A stretch of DNA of 64,000 nt from Paragordius varius. Its lineage: Eukaryota; Animalia; Nematomorpha. The stretch covers positions 11,904,001 to 11,968,000 of the forward strand of contig OZ176054.1 of NCBI GenBank assembly GCA_964247055.1. Reading direction: 5' to 3'. The notes beneath the pieces were generated by a model, which searched no databases, was not told the origin of the DNA, and saw only the letters and a program-made list of their open reading frames with translations. Of this stretch, positions 26,301 through 38,100 are shown in pieces. The position numbers and the translations under genes were made by a program. Each line of letters starts with the position of its first letter. Positions within the stretch are counted from its first letter, which is position 1.

Positions 26301-29300
26301 TTTTTAATTTTTTTTTCAATTTTTACAAATAAATTTTTTAGCGTTTCAGTGTCCGAAAAAACGACAGCTAGATTTAGTTTAAGCCTGAACATGAATGAAC
26401 TGGAAAACGCTCAAACTGGTTAATATTTCAATAAATATTGTTGTAACTAATGATTTCATTAAAAAAATTTTTTTTATATAGCTTTAAACTTTTAAATTGA
26501 ATCATAAACTTTTTATATAATTTATAATAACACTAAGTCATCTTTGCACTTTACAATTTGCCTTTTTTTTAATATTAAATTTAGCTTAAAACTTAATTAT
26601 TTTTACGTAAAACGGCACCGAGTTACCATTTTTTGTTTTGCCAGCTAATTTTTTAAAATCTTATTTTGAAGTTGTGAAAACTTCCATATAGTAAAAATGG
26701 CTAAAATGGTATATACCGCAAATTTATAAAATATCAATTTATCTGACTTAGATATGTATTTATAGTAAGTTGTTCAAATATTTTAAAGCTGTTAATTCAA
26801 AAATGTTTAATGGTGAACATAACCAATATAAGTTTTCAATTGTGTAACAGTGATTTTTTTATTTAAAAAATCAAACCTTAATGATGGTTTTTGAAATACT
26901 TATCTTGTTTTAAACAGCTTTGCAAATATACTTTTTAGAAAAGAAAATGCCGAATGTTAGTCATTCTTCCATACCCCCAAAGCGTACAGCTATAACCCAA
27001 ATGTGTGAAGCCTTGGTCCGTCTAAATGCAGTCAATTATCCCATTATAACAACGTACAAATCTCAGCCTGGTATGTTGTATTTTGCATATAAAATATTTA
27101 TTGTATTATATCTTTTTTTAACAAATAAATTGTTAAAAGTAAAATTATATATATATAAAATTTGCGATTATCTATATTTAAAAAAATTCATAAAATATGT
27201 AAAAATAATATATATATATATATAGATATATATAGATATCAGGGTTATGACTAATTTTTGGAGAATAAGAAATCACTATTTTAGGCTAAAACTTTAACCT
27301 TTTTTCAAAAACCCCTTAAATTATATTACTAAAAACCGGTTTAATTTTTATATAATCTTTACTTTTTAATTTTGCCATTTGTTTTAAGGTTTGATATTTA
27401 CATTTTTCATACAATATAAATAATATAAATTAAATACCATAGAATCTCCGGATGTTTTTGATGTGGCTTGTAAAAAACTTGCACCCGTTATGAATAGCCC
27501 TACTGAAAGATTAATGTTTGCCAACCCTGACTGGTTTAAATGGATCATTATGAAATAGTAGATAAATATTTTAATACAGATACCCCTCATCTTAAATAAT
27601 GATGAGATTTTAAACGAAAACTTATTTTATAGGAGCTGTTTGGATTTTATTAAATTTTTAGTATAGATATATATACCATTTACAGTTCTTCAAATTCACC
27701 CTTGAACAATTCAAATTCACCCTAAAAATTATGTGTTTTTAAAGTTAAAAATTACCTATACTTTTTTATTTTTTAATGAATGAATTTTGTTTCAAATTAA
27801 TATAATACTGAAAAAATAATTAACTATATTATAGGAATGTATTTCATATATAAATTATATCAACCCGAAAACAAATTTATTTTTAGTAAGAATTCGAATT
27901 GTTCAAAAATAAATTTGAATTATTCGACGGTGAAATTGAATTGTAAATGGTATTAAATGTTAAATCTTGATTATGTTTTACTACATTTTTACTAGTTTTA
28001 TGGGTATTATAGAATCCTCATAATGAGTTGTTAAAATTTCCCTTAGAATTAGTATTATATTTTAAATTATGGAATAAATATATAAATTAATTAAAAAATC
28101 AATTATTAGGCTAGATATTTTTTTTGGTTAATTCAAAAACAATTTTTTGTTTTGTCACCCCCCACATTAGTTATTTTGAACCGCATCCCATACTAAATTC
28201 CTGTATTCGAACATCGAGTTGTGTTACAATCCTCAATGGAGGTCTAAAAGATAATATTGTGCCTTACAGAGCATCTGCCATACTAAATCAACGCATTCAC
28301 CCTGGTCAAACTGTGCAAGAGGTAAATTGTTTATTTCTTTACAAATTTAAGCATTAAACAATAAGCTTTTTCGTAAAGTAGCCCCCTCTCACCTTGTAAA
28401 GATAGTTCTCAATTTAAGTATCTATATATTCAACTTTAAACGCGAAAACTTATTACTAAAAGCTTTTGGAAATCGGTAAAGTTTATTAAGCAAGATAATT
28501 AGATTATTCTTTACGATTAGAGGATGGGTTATAAAAAATATACCAATTTTTGCTTAAGATAATGATTTTTACAATAAAGTTTGAAAAGATAAGTTAAAAA
28601 ACCGGTAAGTTATTTGGAAAAAAAGGCAAATAAAATAACTATTTTTATTTTTAATTTTTCAAATTTTCCGATGTTGACAAAACGAGTAGGCTTGTTAATT
28701 TAACATTTCTACTCTCATTGACTATATGCACAAAAAATCTGATAATATGGAGGATTATTACTTTTTATATTGCGACTATTACTCAAACTTTAATTAACTT
28801 TTACACATATTTTACGCTTTTTCTATCTTTCATCTATAAATAAACAAGTCTTAAAATAAACAGGAAACGAATTTTAAAAATGCAAAACCACTGATTTCCT
28901 TTAATATTTAACCCCCTTCCTTATATAATTGCACACATTATATTAGGTATCCAGGAGTAATGTTAATGCTTTAGCCAATCCCCACATCCAAATAAAGAAT
29001 ATATTTGTGGGCGAAAAAATTCCCTTTTCTCGAACCGACACGTCAGGTTTTGTGGGCATTGAACAAGCTATTAAGGAAATTTTTGGGAACGAAACTATCG
29101 TGCTACCAGGTTTTTTTTTATTTTTTAATAATATTAAAATTTAAATTTTAACCTACATTTTAACCAATTTGAATTTTAATCAATTTTTAAATTATTATAT
29201 TGTTTTTTTTCTTTTTATGGGTTTAAAGACCCATCACATAGCTATATCTGAAAATTTGATAGATTTTAACATTCCATTTTTGGACATTTATACGATAAAA

Positions 29301-31628
29301 AGGCTTAAAGTTAGTTTCATATATTTTTTTTTCAAAAGAAATATTATTTGTAGGTATTTTTAGCCATTTTTATATAATATTAATATGAAATATATAGAAA
29401 AGGGTTGATTTTTTTTATTGTAAAAAAGGATAGATTATTTAGCAATCGGAGTCATTTTATATTATAAAAAGTGCTTAAAATTTTTATAATATATTTTGAT
29501 TATTTTTATTCTATCGTTTTACAAAAGATATTATGACGTAAATAAAATATGTAAAGCAAAATCAATATTTTTTTTATATTTTTAAAACCTTGATTTTGAA
29601 ATGTAACCTATCGTTTTGGGTTTTGCAAAATAGTGAAATGTAAATTGGTAACATATTCAATTTCATAATGTAATACTGGTTTTATATAGATTTATGATTA
29701 AAATACCTGTCTTTTTATGTTTTCTCTTAATATTTCCAATTTAAATTGTACATAACTTAAATCCTTAATATAGTAAGTACACACAAAAATATAAAGGCAA
29801 TTTCCATGTTTAAAATTTAGACGATTGTTTAAAACTGCAAAGTATGAAATAGAGATGCAAATTTGGTTTAATAAAGTATGGCTGTCTTTTGAAAAATGTG
29901 TCTATATATACAACGTCGTTTTTGTTTAATTTCAATTTTTACTGTATAGGTCTTTAGTCTACATATACACACCTTTTTTTTTTGATTTGTTGCAAATATA
30001 TATACCATTTTTCATGCAAAAACATCATTTTTTCAACCAAACGCACCATTTTTTCAAGCAAACGCAACATTTTTTCAAGCAAACGCAACAACTTTTCAAG
30101 CAAATGCAACATTTTTTCAAGCAAAGACAACATTTTTTCTAGCAAACGCAACATTTTTTCAAGCAAACGCAACATTTTTTCAACCAAATACAACATTTTT
30201 TCAAGCAAAAACAACACTTTTTTTAATAATACAAAAAATTACTATTTATTGTATGACAATTTAATTATAAGTTATTTATTAAATTTTAAGTTAATGTAAC
30301 TTATTTTTAGCGTTGAATTATGGTTTTCATCGTTTTATCATCAATATTTGATGGTAAATTAATTGATTTTAAAACCTGCCTTATTTATTAATATTAATAA
30401 TATTTTTCTTTTTCAACTTTAATTTCGTCTATAATCAATTTAGATAATTTGCACTTCAAGAGTGTCTTTGAAGGTTTAAAGTTATCCTTCATTTAAATTT
30501 GGTCCTTACATTTTTTGCAGTTTGCATACAACCGTAATTATTGTATGTAATTTTCTTTTTTAAATTTAACCTAATATCTTTATTTATTAGTGTTTCATTC
30601 AAAATAATATTTTAATAAAAACAACTTTATTTGTTTCGAGTTTCTAAATTTTACAATCAATAACCCACAAAACTTAGATATTTTTGAATATAGTTAAAAT
30701 TTATAGAAATAATAAGGATGTACGGTTCTTATGAAAAAAAAGTTGCTATTTATTTAATAGTTTAGGTTAATAAAGAGAATAGGTTAAAAATGATAGGATA
30801 AATATATTTTAATACTTTATTAATAAAAGAAACAAAATTAAAATATTGAAGGACCAAATTTAAATGAAGGATAACTTTAAACCTTCAAAGACACTCTTGA
30901 AGTGCAAATTTTATAAATTGATTATAGACGAAATTAAAGTTGAAAAAGAAAAATATTATTAATATTAATAAATAAGGCAGGTTTGAAAATCAATTAATTT
31001 ACCATCAAATATTGATGATAAAACGATGAAAACCATAATTCAACGCTAAAAATAAGTTACATTAACTTAAAATTTAATAAATAACTTATAATTAAATTGT
31101 CATACAATAAATAGTAATTTTTTGTATTATTAAAAAAAGTGTTGTTTTTGCTTGAAAAAATGTTGTCTTTGGTTGAAAAAATGTTGCGTTTGGATGAAAA
31201 AATGTTGTATATGGTTGAAAAAATGTTGCGTTTGCTTGAAAAAATGTTGCGTTTGATTGAAAAAATGTTGTCTTTGCTTGAAAAAATGTTGCATTTGCTT
31301 GAAAAGTTGTTGCGTTTGCTTGAAAAAATGTTGCGTTTGCTTGAAAAAATGGTGTGTTTGGTTGAAAAAATGATGTTTTTGCATGAAAAATGGTATAGCA
31401 ATTTTTCCAGCAAGCACAGACTCTAAACATTTTATCGGATTGGCTGATGATATATATCGTTTTTCACCTTGCTTTCTAACGCTACAAAGTGGAGATATCA
31501 ATCGGGTTCATGGGATTAATGAACGCATTTCATGCCTGAATTATGCACAATGTGTTACTTTTTACCATAGTCTTATGTGTAAATTCACATTTCCCCACAT
31601 GGATAATAATCAAAATGAACAAAATTAA
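23369..31628 (+). CDS. PM20D1: M20 metallopeptidase, PM20D1/carboxypeptidase-S-like, about 574 aa. Exons: 23369-23471, 23524-23646, 23675-23938, 24393-24545, 25173-25270, 25635-25750, 26342-26418, 26939-27070, 27443-27557, 28171-28321, 28947-29109, 31399-31628
   Basis: N-terminal hydrophobic anchor, then MAHLDVVP, YIYGRGTLDVK, GHDEE, FILDEG, VSEK, SHSSIPP, RIHPGQTVQE, TDSKHF..IYRFSP and RVHGINERIS. The exons sum to 1725 nt in frame. Intron 1 could instead start at 23493. Confidence 0.9.
24713..24995. mobile_element. MITE family A, copy 3 (degenerate right end)
   Basis: TA-CCATTAATTCGAATTCACCC at the left and GGGTGAATTGATTTGAATTGTAAAT at the right. The internal AAACTATGCCATAAAGATAT motif is shared with other copies. 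Confidence 0.75.
27676..27950. mobile_element. MITE family A, copy 4
   Basis: TA-CCATTTACAGTTC...CAAATTCACCCTTGAACAATTCAAATTCACCC ... TTGAATTGTAAATGG-TA. Confidence 0.85.
30005..31393. mobile_element. Foldback-type element in the last PM20D1 intron: ~500-bp inverted arms, each carrying a 21-nt minisatellite
   Basis: 30005-30507 is the near-perfect reverse complement of 30849-31393. Ends are TA-CCATTTTT ... AAAAATGG-TA. The unit CAACATTTTTTCAAGCAAACG occurs about 10 times in the left arm and about 12 times in the right. Confidence 0.9.
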
Positions 31629-32106
31629 TACAGTAGAGTAAAAATTTGATTGCAAATGTATATATATAAGGCTTAATATAAAAAATGTAAAATTTTTAAG
31701 TTTTTCTATATCAAAAAGACTTTAATTAATTCAATAAAATTAATAATTAAATATTTATTTTATTATAAAGATATAAAAGATTTTAGAAAATACGGGGTCA
31801 GCCATATGACCATAACACCGTAAAAATATGGTTAAAAAAATTTATCAATTTTAAGCAGCCTTTTTATTAGAAAAAAACTGACATTTTTACTTTTTTTAAG
31901 CCCCTTGTATATTAAAATTTACTGTACTGTATATTCTTTAATATATATATATAAAGTTAGATTAAAAAATATATATATTTTCTCATAAAATTAATTTTAT
32001 TATAGCATTTAGTGATGTCTGTTAAAATTTAATTTATTATCCAAATTTTATTTATTTAAGCAACAAAAATTAGATTTCCAAATTATATTATAAATATGTC
32101 ACGATA

Positions 32107-35100
32107 TCAACTTTGTCCATTTATTAATTTATCATCCAATAAATGATTCAATAGAACTAAATTCAAGCGTCCTTGATAATGTTCATGATTGTATTTAATG
32201 ACTATTTCTCTGCGTTTACGTCCCGATTTTTTGAATAATTTCTACATAACAACAATAATAGTAAAAAAATACAGTTTATTAGCTTATAAATTAGTTTTTT
32301 TAAAATATATATATACCATTTAGACTTCTTCACCTTTAAACAATCAAATATACCTCAAACAATTCATTCACCCTAAAATATATTATGTGATCTTTTAAGA
32401 TTAAAAATTACCTTTATTTTTTAATATTTATTAAAAATGAAATTTTTTTTTAAAATAATACTGAAAAAATAACAAACTATGCCATAAAGATATATTTTAT
32501 TTAATAAGGATCTTTAGTTCGAAAAAAACACAATTTATTTTTAGGATGAACTAGAATCGTTCGAGGGATTTAAATTGTAAATGGTATATATCAATATATA
32601 TTTATTAATTTAATTTACAATAAATTGATATATCTGAAATTATTCAGGGTGTGTAAAAATGGCTTTCTTGATTTATTTTAAAAAATTAATTAAGATTAAA
32701 TGATTGACCGAAATATAAAGTTACAATCAACAAAATATTTGTTAAGTTTCTTTAAAATTTAATACATTTATATAAATCCAAAACAATATTGTTAAATTTA
32801 TAGTATGAAAAACTAACATTAAAAAATCTTATTTTTAAAAACCGTTTGCGCGGTTAAGCTCCATAAAAACGGTTCAAGTTTTGATTAAATCGCTTTTAAA
32901 TATGATACCTTTTGTAATAATATATCATTGACAACAGATCGAATCGTAGGTATATCATTAATTTGATGTAGTTTATGAGTTTCAATATATTCTTGGATAT
33001 CGTATTCAATCTTTAGGTATGATGGGTAATGGGAAAATGTTTCCTTTTCCGCCAGAAAATATGTTAAAATCTATAAGTAAGAGGTATGAATTTAATTACT
33101 CATGAAATGTATGTTTAAGAATCTCAATTTTATATAATATTTACTGTAAATTTCTTTATCAGACCTCTTTTGTCTGAAAAAGAATATGGTATGGCAATTA
33201 CATCAAAACGTATAAAAATAGAAAAATAATTATGTTTTTTAAACACTAATATGCCCATAATGGCTATTAATTTATGGTTACATTATGTTAAAAAACACTT
33301 TTCTTTAAATTTCAAGTTTAAATTTAAGAAAATCTCCATGGAAATAACTATTCCAATACCCCTATCTTATTGTATAATAAATTATTAATTAAAATATCAT
33401 TTCAAAAAAAGTTATAATTCAACAATAAAAAGTCATACGTTTTTAGCCGTGGCTAGCGTTATGCATTCATTATCTATCGCATTGACTAGTGTATAGACAT
33501 ACAGAGCTATCACATGGAATAAATTAAAATCTTGATTATTGCAAACAGAATTTGCATATACATCTTCAGATTTTTCGTATTCAAAACCATCATTATTGGT
33601 CGATTCTTTTGCTGAGTTTTCTTTAAGGTCATGGTGGGGCATTAATAATACCCCATTTTCGTTAAGGAAAGTTTTTACAGTAGTTGTTATAAGACTGTAG
33701 GTATGATGTGGATTACAGGTATATAGGCATGGATTAAATTTACCCATATGATTCATAAATCTGGCAGAGCCATTGTAGTAAACTGTTTTGAAATAAATGT
33801 AACTCAACGCACAATCTTGAGCAAGTTGATATGCATTTTGGGGTGAAAGCGTAAGTTTTGTAATGTAAAAATTGACCAATTCCTTAGTACTCCGCGTTGT
33901 TAACCATGACCAAAGTTGAGTTGAAGACTTTATTTCATTGGAGTCTGGAAAATTTATTAATTTACCTATTATTAAAAGGAAATAATATGTTTGAGCATTT
34001 AGTTTTTGTCACCAATACTTATATAATTTGGCATGGTAAAAATAGGCCCGTTCATTTCTACAATAAAACTTATAAATGTGGTTGAAGTTTCATGTAAATT
34101 TTATAAAAAGTCAGAATTCGATAATTTTAAAATATAAAACTTTTCCGCTTTTATTATATGAAACAAATAAGTTATCCTATTATCTTTATATTATTATATA
34201 TTTAATTATATTAATGCATAAAAACTCCAATTATTTTATAATAAAACGCATATGATACATTGTTTATATCAAATACTTTAAACAATTCATCTCCCTTTTC
34301 ATTTTTTTTGTACCAGTTGACATATTGGGGTAGTTTTATATCCCAGAGCTGAATCTTTTAAATAAACTACTCCTTTGAAATTTATTTTTGTTGAAATTTA
34401 ATTATCAAACATTGTTCTCATGTTTTAGATAAAAATGCTTATATTTTTTACAGTTTGTAACTTGTAGAGTTAATTGAAACGAACAGCTAATATTAAAATC
34501 AAATATATCAAGTTTTTGCTGGTAAAATGTAGGCTAAAGGTAATTATTTACATAATCCTAAATACAATTTTTACCAGATGCATTTTATCGAAAAAATGGC
34601 GGCGAAAAAGTTTGAGATGAGGATTTTTTTACAAGTTTAAATTAGAAAAAAAGAGCCTAATAGGCTAAAGAAAGCATATTTTTATATTCGGCTAATACCT
34701 TAAATAATTTAATTAATATTCATTCAAATCGCTCAAGAAACTACCTCAAAAGTCGTGGACTGTTAAAGCTATTTTTCAAATATATATATATATATATATA
34801 TATAAATTTACTAATCGTTAATTTTAATTTTAATCAAATCATCAAGAATTAGAACCGATATCAAAAATTAATATATAAATAAAAATTATGGTCAAAAAAC
34901 TTTTTTACTTAAATAATGCAAATTATTTCCGTAAGGGCTTATTTCCTGATCCCACACCTTTTTAGCTTCATTCAATACATCAGGTGATATATGAAGAGGG
35001 GGTATATTGGGTTCTGGAATGTATCGATAAGCAGAACCAGATTGCTTCTTTCTATATAATCAATAAAAATTAACATTATTTCAATAAAGGCAAAATCGTT

Positions 35101-38100
35101 GTACGTATAATGTTAATCAAGTATAACTTTATAACCTTGCATAGAGCTATATTAAAATATAACCTATGAAAATAATGTAATTTAATATACAACAGGGGTG
35201 GCCACACTTTTTTTGTCGCGAGCTTTTTTTTGGCTTTTTTGTTAAAAAAAGAGTTCGCGGTCACCCAGAAATATTTATCAAAAAAACTCAATCAACACTT
35301 TAAATGATGTATATACCTGCTTTACAGATTAGAGTGACTTGTTTAAACCATTTTAAAATTTGTAATTTTTTTATCTATCAACCAAATACAAAAATAATTT
35401 TAATTAAAAGACAGCGGGTTATTAACTACCTTAATTTTTTAACCAACATAAAACACTTCAAAATATTTATTTATTAAATTTCTATTATATGAAATTTTAC
35501 AATATAAAAATTTAAACAATGCATTTGAAATTACAGGGGAGAATACATTATGATACAAAAAATAAAAGAAATAAAAAATAGCATTCCAATTTAGAACCAT
35601 AATTTGAACATAAATAAGAGTACATTAAAATTGTATCAGTTTTAATTCTATCCACATATTTTTTAGTAAATCGGCTTTTTCCTAAGCGAAAATACAACTC
35701 GATAAACATCCATATTTAATAAAGAAAAAAATATTTAAAACGCCCGACTGCGAAAAAATTCAGAAAGTTTATCTAAATTAGGTTCAAATGAAGTCAAAGC
35801 AATTCTTAAACATGATTCTAAATGTTTATTAGTTAATTGTGACCTCTGTTTAGTTTTGATAGCATTCATAATTGAAAAAGCCGATTCACATAAATATGTG
35901 GATCCAAAAAAAGAATTGAATAATGCAGCGGTTTTCCAAATATGGGGGTATTTATCTTTATTTATAAATTTATATATATCTGATCCTAATGATTTTAGAT
36001 GGATATCGCATTTAACATTTATTAATTCCTCTTCCAACTCTGCTAAATTTGGTACACCAAGAAAGTGGCTGAGTTTTTGAGCAATATATTCAACATTATT
36101 ATTATTATTAAATGGGCATGATAAAAAAATAGCGATGTCTTCAAGTTTATTTATAGATGAAAATCGTTTTTCAAAATCATTAATAAGCAGACCAATATCA
36201 TCTGCATATTTTTCAAAAGAGAGATTCTCTATTTTTTCAGACACCGCTGCCAGATTGAAAAAATGTTTTAAATCTCGGTTTTTTAATTGTGTTTCTACTA
36301 CTGTTAGTGTTTCCTTAAAAGATATTAAAGCACCCATCATATCCATTATTGTTTTATCTTTTCCTTGTAATTGGATGTTTAATTTATGCAATTTTTCCGT
36401 GATATCGCATAAAAATGCAAGATCAAGCAGCCAATCTTGATCTTTCAATTCAGGGTATGAAAATTTAGAATTCTCTAAAAAAATTTCTATTTGTGGTAAA
36501 AGTTGCCTAAATCTAATTAAAAATGCGGCACGACTCAACCACCTTACATCAGTATGTAATAAAAGTTCTCCATATTCCACGCCGCACTCATTTAACAAAA
36601 TTCGAAATTGGCGGCGGGACAAGCTTTTTGTTCGAATGGCGTTAACAATAACAGGGGTTTATTACATGATGGTATTTTAAAACTTTTGAACATAAAACTT
36701 GATTATGGATTATACAATGGTAATCAATGAACTTGGGAAATGCACTGTGATTTTTACATAAAGCGATAAAGCCGTTGTTAACGCCAATCATAGCTGGAGC
36801 TCCATCAGTAGTTATAGATGCGAGTTTTACGATGGGAAGTTTCGTATCTGTGATAAATTTATAAAAAGAATCAAAAATATCCTGCCCTCTGGTTCGTTCG
36901 TGGAGAGGTATTATAGTTAATAATTCCTCCTTTGCAGATAAATCACTAAATATCATACGAATAAAAATGCATAATTGGGCGATTCCAACATAATCGGTGG
37001 ACTCATCGAGTTGCAAGGAAAAAAAATACAGTTATTAATATTTTCATGTAAAATTTCATCAAGATTATTACTAATATCTTCAGCCCTGCGCATAACGGTA
37101 TTTCTCGATAAGCTTATGCTTTTAATAGCTGTCATAATATTATTTTTGTTATCAAAATTTTCAAATAAAATATCACAAGCGCTAATAAATTCTTTAAATA
37201 TTTCACCATCTTGGAATGGCTTATTGTTCCGAATGAGTATTTCCGCTACCTTGAATGAAGCAATCGTAGCATTTTTATAGTATTTGTTGTATTTAAGTAT
37301 GCTATTATGTGAGGCGGATAATTGTTCTTTTAATTCCTTTACTTTAATGTTGCGTTTTTGAGTTTGTAAGGGGTAGTTTTTGGAGTAATGTGGATGCAGA
37401 GATCTATAATGTCTTTCAATATTTGACTTTTTGGGCAAAACAACAGTACTATTGCATATTAGACAGGTGCATGTTTCATTTATCATAATAAAAAAGTATT
37501 CATGCTCCCAATCTTTCTTGTATCTGTACAACTTTTTTTGGCTCATTCTAAAATATAAGTTTTAAAAACCTACTTTTGGTGTATCAAATCAAATCTAACT
37601 TCACGATTATGCTTCTGATTTATGAATAAGCTTTGCTCAAAGTTTTGATATATTCAAGGGAAATGACTGATTTTAAGTTTTAATGCAAATGCTCCAAAAC
37701 ATATGAATTATAATTAATAAAATAATTTTTTTACACCCTTTTCTTAGACGTTTTTTTTTAATTTAAACCGTATTTTTTTGTATTTTAAATTTAAATTCGC
37801 TCAGAAGTAGCCAACTATCCGAAAAAAAATCAATAAAATTTTTTAAAAAAAAATATTTTCAGGCGGTCACTTTTTGAGTTGTCGCGGTCACGAAAGTGAC
37901 CGCGGTCACCTCGTTGGCCACCCCTGATATACAAGAATGATTTTATAAATTAGATTACTTTGTTGGCTTGATTAAAATTTTCAATTTAGTTTAATTTTCA
38001 TTTAATTTTATATTATATTTCTTCTTTTTTGAAATTAAAAAACTTTTTTATAACTATGACTATGATTTTTTATAATTGTTTGTTAGTTAAACCAGTCAAA

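Noticed and set aside
29954-31501. Six ORFs with heptad repeats (LLEKMLR, FSSKRNI, FFQANAT, FKQTQHF) that look like leucine zippers
   Set aside because: They are translations of the 21-nt minisatellite in the foldback arms, open in several frames on both strands because the unit lacks stops. Nothing suggests translation.
33017-33210. Apparent small plus-strand two-exon gene (MMGNGKMFPFPPEN...PLLSEKEYG)
   Set aside because: The first part is the antisense of a GatB exon (32909-33070) and no sensible continuation was found.
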